64,000 nucleotides of DNA. Origin: an uncultured Candidatus Saccharibacteria bacterium (GTDB taxonomy: Bacteria > Patescibacteriota > Saccharimonadia > Saccharimonadales > 2-12-FULL-41-12). Position 1 is the first letter of the stretch; each line of letters opens with the position of its first letter. The stretch covers positions 341,788 through 405,787 of the forward strand of contig CAMTYB010000001.1 of NCBI GenBank assembly GCA_947085855.1. Reading direction: 5' to 3'. Under the pieces are notes generated by a model that searched no databases, had not been told where the DNA came from, and was given only the letters and a program-made list of their open reading frames with translations. This document shows, one piece after another, positions 15,338-24,181 of this stretch. The position numbers and the translations under genes were made by a program.

Positions 15338-16227
15338 GTATGTATTGTATCAAATTCTGACAAAAAGCCACCTATCTTCTGTTTGGCTTCGTCAGTATTG
15401 TCGCACCAAACGATATCTGGATTACGCTTGAACCATGTCTGTTGACGCTTGGCGAGACGCCGGTCATTGCGGATAAAAATCTCCTTGGCTTCTGCGAGTG
15501 AAATGTCACCGTTTAGATGCTGTATTACGGCTTTATAGCCCGGTGCTAGGAGGCCTGGAGCATCGACGCCGTACTGCTTGATCAAGCTTTGCACTTCTTC
15601 AATCAGACCGTTAGCAAACATTGTATTCACTCGCTCTGCTATGCGTTGGTCGAGCACCTCTTTTTGTATACGCAAACCAATAAGCAGTATGTTGGGTGGC
15701 AGGTTCGGCCGTCGACCACCAACTTTACCGCCACGTTCAATCGCTCGCACCAGGTGCCGCTTGTTCAAAAAATTGACGTGATCGGGTTCAATGCCAAGTG
15801 CTTCAGCACGTTGTGCGAGTGCGTCTAGGTCAAGCTCTTCGAGCTCACTGCGGAGCTGCGGATCGGCTGTGTCTTGGAATGAAAAATCGTAGACCAAACC
15901 ATCAATATAGAGTCCGGAACCACCAACGATAATTGGCAACTTGTGTTGCACCCAGATATCTTTTACAACGTTCTCAGCGTAGTGCTTGAAGGCAGCGGCT
16001 GAAAACGTTTCATCGGGCGTCACCAAGTCTAATCCGTAATGCATAACGACAGCCTGGTCTGCCGCTGAAGGCTTGGCGGTGCCAATATCCATGCCGCGAT
16101 AAATCGTCCTCGAGTCGGCAGCAATAATTTCACCGTTATAGGCTTGAGCGATTTCTAGACCAAGTTGAGATTTGCCGCTGGCAGTCTGGCCGAGGATTAC
16201 AACAAGCTGGTCTGCTGTGGATTCCAC
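15334..16227 (-). CDS. miaA: tRNA dimethylallyltransferase
   Basis: 297 aa, P-loop GQTASGKS, then DSRTIYRGMDIGTAKPS. Confidence 0.9.
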   Translation of the reverse strand: MESTADQLVVILGQTASGKSQLGLEIAQAYNGEIIAADSRTIYRGMDIGTAKPSAADQAVVMHYGLDLVTPDETFSAAAFKHYAENVVKDIWVQHKLPIIVGGSGLYIDGLVYDFSFQDTADPQLRSELEELDLDALAQRAEALGIEPDHVNFLNKRHLVRAIERGGKVGGRRPNLPPNILLIGLRIQKEVLDQRIAERVNTMFANGLIEEVQSLIKQYGVDAPGLLAPGYKAVIQHLNGDISLAEAKEIFIRNDRRLAKRQQTWFKRNPDIVWCDNTDEAKQKIGGFLSEFDTIHT

Positions 16228-16529
16228 AATAGTTTCCCTACCTCAACCGTGTAATCTTCGGAGACCTTTACACCGTCGGCTTCGAGGGCGGCCTTGTGTC
16301 CATCAAAGCCACCTGGCACATAGCCACGGGCAAGGCCGCCCTGCTTATTAACTACCCGCTGCCATGGCAAATTAGTTGGACCAAGATGGGCAATCTGCCC
16401 CACTTCCCATGCCGCCCAAGCTGCTCCACACAAGGCTGCAATTTGGCCATAGGTCATTACGTTACCTTGTGGGATTTGGGCTACGAGATCATAGACTCGC
16501 TGGTTGAAATCAGCGTCAACTCGACTCAT
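16197..16529 (-). CDS. alkyltransferase-like (ATL) protein, MGMT family lacking the acceptor Cys
   Basis: 110 aa, MGMT DNA-binding-domain pattern (YGQIAALCG). Has PWQRV at 16353-16367 where MGMT has PCHRV. Confidence 0.8.
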   Translation of the reverse strand: MSRVDADFNQRVYDLVAQIPQGNVMTYGQIAALCGAAWAAWEVGQIAHLGPTNLPWQRVVNKQGGLARGYVPGGFDGHKAALEADGVKVSEDYTVEVGKLLWNPQQTSLL

Positions 16530-18364
16530 AAGGAAGTTTTGTTAACGCGACTCTTGCTTTCGTTAGCGACGGTTTTGATGAAATCTTCAACTGGTAGTTC
16601 CGGATGAGCTGCAATAACAACCAAATCACTTCGTACTCGAGGGATAACTTGGTTAGAGGTAATTTCTTTGTCCCCAATCACCAAGGTGTATGGAACCTTA
16701 GCGACTTCAGCATTACGAATCTTTTTACCAACCGATTCACTACTGTTATCTACATAGGTGCGGACACCAAGTTCTTTGGCTAGAGTAACAATTTTGTCAG
16801 CAAAAACAACAACTGGTTCGGTCTGATTAACAGTGATGATTCGGACTTGCTCGGGTGACAGCCAGATTGGGAAGCGGCCAGCCGTGTGTTCTATATATAC
16901 ACTCAAAAACCGCTCGATTGAACCCAGCATAGCCTTATGCACCATGGCTGGCCGCTTCGCCGAGCCATCGGCATCAGTGTATTCCAGCCCAAAACGCTCC
17001 GGCTGCACAAAATCCAACTGAATAGTGGCACATTGCCACCGTCGATTGAGCGCATCAGAGACGAAAATATCAATCTTGGGTCCATAAAAAGCTGCTTCGC
17101 CGTGCTCAACTTTGTAATTGAGCTCTTCGTCTTTGGCCACTTTCTCTAGGATCCGCTCGGCTTCGGCCCACAATTCCGGTTCGCCGAAGTACTTATCGGT
17201 ATCATCACGGAATGAAAGTTCAACATCTAGCTCCATTTCGAGTGTCATATAGAGTTGCTTAACCATCGACACAATTGATTGCATCTCAAGTTCAATCTGA
17301 TCCTGACGCACAAAAGCATGCGAATCATCCTGGGTCAGTGCCCGGACCCGCGACAAACCATGCAATTCCCCACTCTTCTCATCTCGATACATAGTGGTCG
17401 TTTCCATATAACGCAGCGGTAGATCTTTGTAGCTACGAGGGCGCGAAGCATAAATCTGAGTAACATGTGGGCAATTCATCGGCTTCATCATGAAAGCGTC
17501 TGACGATTCTACGCTACTGACGTCAAACCGTTCAGGATATTTATCAAAGTGCCCCGAGGTTTTATAGAGGTCAACTCGACTCATATGCGGCGCCCAAACC
17601 GCCTGATAACCACCGGCTTCCTGCAGCTCTTCAGAGAAACGGATCAGTTGATTGCGCAAAATAGTGCCTCGCGGCGTAAAAATCGGCAGCCCCGGTCCAA
17701 CCAAGTCGGAAATTGTAAACAAATCCATTTCTTTGCCGAGTTTACGGTGATCACGCTTTTTGGCTTCTTCTAGCAATCCAAGGTGTTTCTGTAGCTCTTC
17801 TTCGGTCGCAAAAGCCACACCATACAGACGTTGCATCTGCGGATTATCTTCTTTACCTCGCCAGTAAGCACCAGCTACTCGCATCAACTTAAAGGCGCCA
17901 ACTTTGCCAGTCGAAGTCACGTGAGGTCCTCGACAGAGGTCAGTGAACCCGCCGTTCTTATAAAAGGACACGCTTTCTACCTGGCTTGCACCATCGGTTG
18001 GCAAACCAAGTTCGGCACTGTCTAAGTCCTTAGCGACAGTGGTACCCGTTCGCTTGAGGTCATTAAGCAGCTCTTCTTTATATGGCTGCTTGGCTGCTTG
18101 AGCCCAGGCAATTGCGTCGTCAATCGACTTTTCACTCTTCTCAAAGGGTAGATCAGCTGCAATTACCTGCTTCATCTCGGCTTCAATTTTTGGGAAATCT
18201 TCTTCCGAGATAGTAGCCTCACCGAGGTCAATATCATAATAGAAGCCATTTTCTACAACTGGCCCGACACCAAGCTTGGCTTCCGGCCAAAGAGTCGTGA
18301 CAGCAGTTGCCATAATATGAGCTAAACTGTGTCGCATAGCTTGTAGGTTGTCTTGGTCGTCCAT
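16526..18364 (-). CDS. thrS: threonine--tRNA ligase
   Basis: 612 aa. Starts at the editing/second additional domain (RHSLAHIMA), followed by class II core motifs and an anticodon-binding domain. No TGS domain. Confidence 0.95.
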   Translation of the reverse strand: MDDQDNLQAMRHSLAHIMATAVTTLWPEAKLGVGPVVENGFYYDIDLGEATISEEDFPKIEAEMKQVIAADLPFEKSEKSIDDAIAWAQAAKQPYKEELLNDLKRTGTTVAKDLDSAELGLPTDGASQVESVSFYKNGGFTDLCRGPHVTSTGKVGAFKLMRVAGAYWRGKEDNPQMQRLYGVAFATEEELQKHLGLLEEAKKRDHRKLGKEMDLFTISDLVGPGLPIFTPRGTILRNQLIRFSEELQEAGGYQAVWAPHMSRVDLYKTSGHFDKYPERFDVSSVESSDAFMMKPMNCPHVTQIYASRPRSYKDLPLRYMETTTMYRDEKSGELHGLSRVRALTQDDSHAFVRQDQIELEMQSIVSMVKQLYMTLEMELDVELSFRDDTDKYFGEPELWAEAERILEKVAKDEELNYKVEHGEAAFYGPKIDIFVSDALNRRWQCATIQLDFVQPERFGLEYTDADGSAKRPAMVHKAMLGSIERFLSVYIEHTAGRFPIWLSPEQVRIITVNQTEPVVVFADKIVTLAKELGVRTYVDNSSESVGKKIRNAEVAKVPYTLVIGDKEITSNQVIPRVRSDLVVIAAHPELPVEDFIKTVANESKSRVNKTSL

Positions 18365-18464
18365 GATCTCCTCTATTGTCCGTTTCTGGTTGATGCATCA
18401 TAAGCAGCATCAACACTTTACATATATCTTATGTAAAGTGTAAATCACCGTCACCTGAAAAGCA

Positions 18465-18499
18465 AAAAGTCGTGACTTCTCGCAATAGTCACGACTTTT
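18465..18499 (-). terminator. strong intrinsic terminator inside the thrS 5' leader (candidate attenuator)
   Basis: Minus strand AAAAGTCGTGAC, loop, GTCACGACTTTTT, then GCTTTTC. Lies ~100 nt upstream of the thrS ATG, with no upstream gene on that strand. Confidence 0.6.
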
Positions 18500-18681
18500 C
18501 TGTTGTTTTGCTAAACACCTAGCAAAATTCCACCAACGAGTACTATCATAGCAAGGTTAGTATTATATGGCTAGTACTTTAGTATTGTTTTATTTACAAA
18601 GCCCTATCCCGCCTACCACACCGTTTACTTCTGCCCACTTTTTCGCTATTATGAGCACTGTTTTTATTGCTAAAAACGCAC

Positions 18682-18758
18682 GGGCGATTAGCTCATTTGG
18701 CTAGAGCGCAGCATTGACGTTGCTGAGGTGATAGGTTCGAATCCTATATCGCCCACCA
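18682..18758 (+). tRNA. tRNA-Val(GAC)
   Basis: GGGCGAT TA GCTC ATTTGGCTA GAGC G CAGCA TTGACGT TGCTG AGGTG ATAGG TTCGAAT CCTAT ATCGCCC A CCA. Confidence 0.95.
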
Positions 18759-18780
18759 GATTTGAGAACAACCCATATGC

Positions 18781-18897
18781 TGTCTGGGCAAAGTTCACTC
18801 ACATTCAAAAGAGCACACGCCGTGGGTCATGAAGCATACTTTAACACCTTAGAAAATACTAAAAAGGCACACTGAGTGTGCCTTTTTAAATGTGAAC
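18781..18897. repeat. palindromic MITE/REP-like element, copy B
   Basis: Right hairpin GGCACAC TGA GTGTGCC followed by TTTTT (18867-18888). Left arm partly degraded (GAGCACACGCCGTGGGTC). Shared TTAACACCTTA core. Confidence 0.7.
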
Positions 18898-19254
18898 CTT
18901 CCCTACCCATCAAACCAAAGCAATTCACGTAGAATATTGACCTAACTGCTCGTTGATGGTAGCATTGTCAGGTTAAACAGGAGTTTTTGGACTACGTATG
19001 AGTTCCAAAACAGCAGCTTTTGTTTTGGAAGGTTTTAATCTTTATTACGAAGATATGAGACCTGCCAAAACTGCCAGTGTGAATCGTTAAGTTTACCTAT
19101 ATAAATAAGACCAAACTTACTGACTTCACTACTGTAACTAACCGTCTCTAACGCACAATCTACGCTCTATCAAATACTTGAAAGTGTAGCTTTATGCACT
19201 TCAAAAAGTAGTTATCCACTAGCTTTTTGTCCAGCGTAATGTCAATATATAGAC

Positions 19255-19662
19255 ATGGTATGCGTATATTGCGGTGGCAAGACCGCCGTCAAAAACTCGC
19301 GTGGCTCAGCCGCTCGTCAAACTACCTGGCGCCGACGCGAATGCTTAGCGTGCCATAGTCTGGTGACTACTCGAGAACAGATCGACTACACCTCAGCCTG
19401 GCGAGTCAAACACACCTCCTCTCAGCCCCTGAGGCCCTTCCTGAGGGACAAACTGTTCCTAAGTGTGTACGAATCCGTTTCGCACCGCAAAACTGCTCTC
19501 GAGGACGCTACGCAGCTTACAGATACAATTATTCCCTTGCTCGGCAGCCTGCAGCACACCGGCATCATTCCGATCAGCGGCATTATCCGCACTACGACTA
19601 CTGTTTTAGACCATTTTGACAATGCAGCTGGCGTCCATTACCAGGCGCACCACTCTCTGTAA
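19255..19662 (+). CDS. nrdR: NrdR-family transcriptional repressor
   Basis: 135 aa, N-terminal zinc ribbon C.YCG...C..C with RRREC, followed by a divergent ATP-cone. Confidence 0.75.
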   Translation: MVCVYCGGKTAVKNSRGSAARQTTWRRRECLACHSLVTTREQIDYTSAWRVKHTSSQPLRPFLRDKLFLSVYESVSHRKTALEDATQLTDTIIPLLGSLQHTGIIPISGIIRTTTTVLDHFDNAAGVHYQAHHSL

Positions 19663-21249
19663 TTAGTCTTTTTTGACGGCTTTTTCAGTAACATCGAACG
19701 TATCGAGATACTTACCGCGGAGCAAACGCGTCTGCGAGTACAAGGCTGCAAATGAGTTATATGCGATTGTAGTTATCGGCAGCAATATCCATTGGAAGAC
19801 CATAAAAATGGTACGTCGGTGGGTATACCGGGCCGGCTTGGGCGGCAGCGATTTGAAACTTAGGAACATGGTGATGACCAAGCCGCCCATCGCAATTTGT
19901 TGAATACGACTAATAACGTTTGGCAACTGATTGGCTGCGATATCTTCTGGGTTAAATATGATCGGAATGAAACCAGCAAACGCTAGCAACAGTGGTCCGG
20001 TCGCCCAGCTGACATGACTTTCTACCAAACGTGCGGTGCGGCCGATCATCTTGAGGCGCGGCACATTGTTAGGTGTCAAAAAGCCTTTTGTCCAGACGTA
20101 AGAAATATCCGATGCACCGTATGCCCAACGCCGAATCTGAATAAACTGGGCCTTGAGCGTCCGCTTATAGCCCTCAGACAACACTGCGTCCTGGTAGATA
20201 GGCACATGGATTGGATAGACTTCGTGCTGCCCGTCATAGCGGAAGAAGGTCCGCCAGTACTGGTGGCCGTCTTCGACGATGGTACGCACACTCCAGAAAT
20301 CGGTGTCGATCAGCGTTGCCATGCTCTGGGCATGGGCCGAGAAGTTACGGATGGCGTGAGGTCGAAGACTCAACACTAAATTCCAGAACGAGTTACCGGT
20401 GGCAATCACACGCATCAACGCCGGCACGTCCCAGATGTTATTGGTGAAGATTGGTATTGGTTGGAACGAAATAACTTTTGGATTTACACACATCGCATAG
20501 GTGTATGTTAGGGCTGCCAAATAGGCGTGGTGCGGTCGATTATCGGCATCAAGCGTGGTCAAAATGACTCGTAATGGGTCAATCTTTTTGGCTTCCAATC
20601 GTTTCTGCAAAACACGGCCGGCATAGGTGATATTACCGCCCTTCCCTATGACTTCATTTGGCATCTTGTCTGGGTGTTCGATTGCTTCGGCCATGTAAAA
20701 TTTATCGCCATATTCTGCAATCAATTCATGAGCCAGCTTACGAGTAGTTGGACCGCCCCGCTCTTCGTAGGCAATGACCAAAATAACTTTCTTCATGTCG
20801 TAGTCAGACTTCAAAACTGACTGTATGGTCGGCTCCAGAACATCTCGCGTCTCGTTGTAGGTGGCAATCATCAAAACGTGCAGTGCTTCACTCGGTTTGA
20901 CCGCTCCTGGCAAGACTTTAAGTCGTTCGATATTGCGAGCGTGCCACTTTGGCGCATGATGAGCCTTCACTTCCCCACTCTCAATGTCAGCTAGCATCGC
21001 TTGCCATGGCAGTTTTTCGTGCTGCTTCATGCGGTTATAGCCCTGGAAAACACGAATATTGATGCCGACACCCCGGAAGAACCACAACAACAGATAAGCA
21101 ACAATGAAAAAGGCCGCTGCTCTCGGGTCGATGACACTCAAAGCAAACGGCAAAATAAGCAAACTGTAGGACAGCAATGCCGGCATTCGTTCCAGCCAGC
21201 GATAGGCTTTGGTCTTATCTTTCTGGAGCGGAATTTCTATATCAGTCAC
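19663..21249 (-). CDS. membrane-bound processive family-2 glycosyltransferase (cellulose/chitin-synthase-like)
   Basis: 528 aa, motifs LDADN and QIRRWAYG (QxxRW), flanked by TM segments. Confidence 0.85.
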   Translation of the reverse strand: MTDIEIPLQKDKTKAYRWLERMPALLSYSLLILPFALSVIDPRAAAFFIVAYLLLWFFRGVGINIRVFQGYNRMKQHEKLPWQAMLADIESGEVKAHHAPKWHARNIERLKVLPGAVKPSEALHVLMIATYNETRDVLEPTIQSVLKSDYDMKKVILVIAYEERGGPTTRKLAHELIAEYGDKFYMAEAIEHPDKMPNEVIGKGGNITYAGRVLQKRLEAKKIDPLRVILTTLDADNRPHHAYLAALTYTYAMCVNPKVISFQPIPIFTNNIWDVPALMRVIATGNSFWNLVLSLRPHAIRNFSAHAQSMATLIDTDFWSVRTIVEDGHQYWRTFFRYDGQHEVYPIHVPIYQDAVLSEGYKRTLKAQFIQIRRWAYGASDISYVWTKGFLTPNNVPRLKMIGRTARLVESHVSWATGPLLLAFAGFIPIIFNPEDIAANQLPNVISRIQQIAMGGLVITMFLSFKSLPPKPARYTHRRTIFMVFQWILLPITTIAYNSFAALYSQTRLLRGKYLDTFDVTEKAVKKD

Positions 21250-21251
21250 AG

Positions 21252-21638
21252 CTAGCGCAAACCAAGCAACGAGTTACTGATGATCAGGCACAACACCAAC
21301 AATAGTGTCGCCAACAACATAACGATCCAGGCCACCGCTCGGCGAATTGCATAAAACCGCAAACTGACAAAGAACTGTCCAGCCACTATGAGCACCGCAT
21401 ACAACGCAAAGCTAATCATCTGCCCTGCCCCACCAACGCTATAGGCATTGAGACCGAGGTTAGAACGGTAAGACTGGATGTAATTACTGCCAAAATCACC
21501 AAGCCGCAACAACACGGTTGCAACACATAAAATTGCTATAAAAACGTTAACTGTCAGCAATAATAAAACGATGCGATCATGAAAATACTCCTTGAGGAGC
21601 GAATTTCCGTTTGAGTGTTCGTGTGAAGCTGTTGTCAT
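21252..21638 (-). CDS. hypothetical membrane protein (co-oriented with GT2)
   Basis: 128 aa, 4 TM segments. Its stop codon (21252-21254) lies 2 nt upstream of the GT2 start codon. Confidence 0.6.
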   Translation of the reverse strand: MTTASHEHSNGNSLLKEYFHDRIVLLLLTVNVFIAILCVATVLLRLGDFGSNYIQSYRSNLGLNAYSVGGAGQMISFALYAVLIVAGQFFVSLRFYAIRRAVAWIVMLLATLLLVLCLIISNSLLGLR

Positions 21639-21704
21639 TGTTGCTAGGTATTATACGTTGATTGCCAGATGTCTGAAATACAGAATTTAAGAATTAAAAC
21701 CAAC

Positions 21705-21780
21705 TGGAGCCACCTGCCAGGATCGAACTGGCGACCTACGCGTTACGAGTGCGTCGCTCTACCAACTGAGCTAAGGTGGC
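21705..21780 (-). tRNA. tRNA-Thr(CGT)
   Basis: Minus strand GCCACCT TA GCTC AGTTGGTA GAGC G ACGCA CTCGTAA CGCGT AGGTC GCCAG TTCGATC CTGGC AGGTGGC T CCA. Confidence 0.95.
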
Positions 21781-21833
21781 ACATGCAACATTGCTGCAGA
21801 TGAATATTGTACCAAAAATCATATATCAACCCC

Positions 21834-22922
21834 CTACGCAACTGGTACTTGCTCCTGTAGCATATAAACAGCTCTACTCCCGAAGTCAGGATCAACGCTC
21901 TTCAGGGCTAATTCGGCAGTGCCAAATTTTACACCGGCTTCAACGTAGTTGTGACTACCAACTATAGTTGCTTTCTCGCTGGAAAGTAGCTTTGCATGCA
22001 AAAAGTTATGATCTCTTGGGAGCTGATATTTAAACAAAGCCTTAGGGTATTTTAGCTTTTCTGCACGTATAACCCCTCGATGTAAAAAATTAAGCGGGAA
22101 TGGATGTTGATCTGGATGATTATAGATAAGAGTCACCTTTACGCCCCTGTTGTGAGCCTGAGTTAAATGGCGAGCTGTAGCCTTATTGGGGAAATATTGA
22201 CAGGTAATAGTTATGGATTCCTCTGCTGCATCAATGAGAGCGAGAGCCTCTTGATATATCAGGGAACTTCCTTTTGAGCCTGCATCTAGCAGAAGTGTAG
22301 TCGTAGTATCTAGCACTACTTCCGAGTCTTTGACTAGTGCACTTTGAAGGGATCTTGTTTTAAAGACTTTTTCTGCTAAGGCTTTAAGGATCGACGCAGT
22401 CACTTTATCAGTTCTTGCTGCCATCATATCTAAATGATCTACCGTAGTGAGATTACAACCTCCCACAAACACAAAATCATTGATCACTGCAAACTTCATA
22501 TGAGAACGTCCCGCAAAAGGAGTGGAAAAACGCTGGCTAGGCATGTTAGTGATCACGTACCTACCTCCGTTGTTCTTTAGTCCTTCTAAGGCGGCTAGTT
22601 TTGTAGAAAAACTTCCTTTTAGTTTTCTCGGGAACGACGTCGAGAACCACAGAGGACCTGGGACAACCCCTCTCTTAAGCAAGAAGGTAAACGCGTCCAC
22701 CATAAGCAGTACGTTTACTCCACGTCCAGAAGCCTCTTTTAGCTCATGTAGAATCTGTTGCACCAAGATTTCGTCCGGATTAAAGCCCATGGTGCAGACG
22801 TAAACATCATCACCCTTTTTTGTTTGGGAAATTTTGTCTGCCAATTCTTTATAGTATTCGGGCCTCGTGAAAAAGCTAAATGGCCTACTTTGATTAACTT
22901 GATTACTTTGACGCTTTGCCAT
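21834..22922 (-). CDS. phospholipase D-family protein (two HKD motifs; cardiolipin/phosphatidyl-transferase-like)
   Basis: 362 aa, HMKFAVINDFVFVGGCN and HAKLLSSEKATIVGSHN. Confidence 0.85.
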   Translation of the reverse strand: MAKRQSNQVNQSRPFSFFTRPEYYKELADKISQTKKGDDVYVCTMGFNPDEILVQQILHELKEASGRGVNVLLMVDAFTFLLKRGVVPGPLWFSTSFPRKLKGSFSTKLAALEGLKNNGGRYVITNMPSQRFSTPFAGRSHMKFAVINDFVFVGGCNLTTVDHLDMMAARTDKVTASILKALAEKVFKTRSLQSALVKDSEVVLDTTTTLLLDAGSKGSSLIYQEALALIDAAEESITITCQYFPNKATARHLTQAHNRGVKVTLIYNHPDQHPFPLNFLHRGVIRAEKLKYPKALFKYQLPRDHNFLHAKLLSSEKATIVGSHNYVEAGVKFGTAELALKSVDPDFGSRAVYMLQEQVPVA

Positions 22923-23054
22923 AAAGCTATTCTACGCTCCTTGCACTATGCTCAACAAGTTGTATTTTACTTCTATTTTTGCTATGATCTCATCTGTCTA
23001 TTTGTTTATTTCGCGAATCTTTATCGCCAGACAAACACATGGCACACAAGGCGG

Positions 23055-23132
23055 GGGCTCGTAGTGAAGTTGGCCCATCACGCCTCCCTGTCACGGAGGA
23101 GATCGCCGGTTCGAATCCGGTCGGGCCCGCCA
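23055..23132 (+). tRNA. tRNA-Asp(GTC)
   Basis: GGGCTCG TA GTGA AGTTGGCCCA TCAC G CCTCC CTGTCAC GGAGG AGATC GCCGG TTCGAAT CCGGT CGGGCCC G CCA. Confidence 0.95.
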
Positions 23133-23170
23133 GAAATAAAGTTGCCACCGCAAGGTGGTTATTTTATTTC
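23133..23170 (+). terminator. hairpin terminator after tRNA-Asp
   Basis: GAAATAAAGTTGCCACC, loop GCAA, GGTGGTTATTTTATTTC. Confidence 0.6.
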
Positions 23171-23228
23171 TGGTAGACTCACTGGGTTACTCGAACGTTC
23201 GGCGTAGTGAGCGCAGCGAACAAGGATT

Positions 23229-23684
23229 TTGGATTTTGGTGCTGGTGCCGGTGGACCTACCATAGCCCTAACCGAATTAGTTAAACTAAACGGCGGTAGT
23301 GTTGAGGCGATAGATTCTAGGCCTAACCTTATTCAAGATATGATTGACTCGGGTATCTTGCCCACCGATAGAGCACACCACGGCGATGGTCTAGAGTTTC
23401 TGTCTGGCACCGATTCTCAAGATCAATATGATCTCATTACCGCTTTTATGTTTGGGCCCGACAATACTGACGGCGGACTCACCAACCAGTTGCTAGATGC
23501 ATCACAGAATGCCTTAAAAGCCGGTGGCAAACTGCTCATTACTTCAGATGCCAGAACTATGCCTATCGTTCGTGGCATCTGCAACCGTCCAGGTATCAAC
23601 TACAATTATATTACTGGTGTACGGCTGGAAAATGGCTTCATGCCAGATACAATAGTCGCATCATTCAATCGTAAGCAATATTAA
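23229..23684 (+). CDS. class I SAM-dependent methyltransferase, minimal or N-terminally truncated
   Basis: 151 aa. Motif I (LDFGAGAGG) sits at the extreme N-terminus, with an in-frame stop 7 codons upstream. Also YDLITAF and LKAGGKLLIT. Confidence 0.55.
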   Translation: MDFGAGAGGPTIALTELVKLNGGSVEAIDSRPNLIQDMIDSGILPTDRAHHGDGLEFLSGTDSQDQYDLITAFMFGPDNTDGGLTNQLLDASQNALKAGGKLLITSDARTMPIVRGICNRPGINYNYITGVRLENGFMPDTIVASFNRKQY

Positions 23685-23714
23685 AAACGGCCTTATTGTG
23701 GCACTATTAATTAA

Positions 23715-23990
23715 ATGAGTAGAGCTAAATTTATTGTCGAAGCTGCATCTGTTATTGCTCTGGCTATCCCGTTAGCTAACAACCCTGAGCAAGCTCTGGC
23801 CGAAAAGCAGCCATGCCCTTCTCCGCAAGCAGAATGTACGGACCGTAATACCGCACCCGAAAATGAAGACGATCTGAGAGTAATAGGGTTTGTGGTAGGT
23901 GGGCTGGCCGTCGGTGGCGGCCTTATTGTGGCAGGAATGGCAGTCGGAGGCGAACCGTACTCCTGGCAAGACGATGACGAAGACGAGTAG
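23715..23990 (+). CDS. small secreted/membrane protein with acidic tail
   Basis: 91 aa with a signal-like N-terminus, a Gly-rich TM segment and a DDDEDE C-terminus. Confidence 0.5.
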   Translation: MSRAKFIVEAASVIALAIPLANNPEQALAEKQPCPSPQAECTDRNTAPENEDDLRVIGFVVGGLAVGGGLIVAGMAVGGEPYSWQDDDEDE

Positions 23991-24181
23991 CCGACGAACC
24001 TGATTAATCAACCAGCATCGTCGGTCATCACTCAAGTCTGGTCTCGGTCGGATCTTGAGTATCACGAGAAGGTAAAAAATACCTGGCTTCACTATTCAAC
24101 AATTAGCTCACCAAAGTTGCACTTATGTTTAATTGAAATATAATCAATGGTAAGCACAGCGAACAAGCGTAAGGAGTAGGC

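Noticed and set aside
18502-18537. Canonical T-box riboswitch call for the thrS leader
   Set aside because: The conserved AGGGUGGNACCGCG is only partially present, and no Stem I distal platform or GA/K-turn motif is seen. The antiterminator and terminator do not share a strand. It is kept only as a hypothesis in the findings, not annotated as a riboswitch.
19212-19220. DnaA box (TTATCCACT), suggesting oriC in the 350-nt nrdR upstream region
   Set aside because: It is a single near-consensus box. There is no cluster, no AT-rich DUE pattern, and no dnaA or dnaN nearby.
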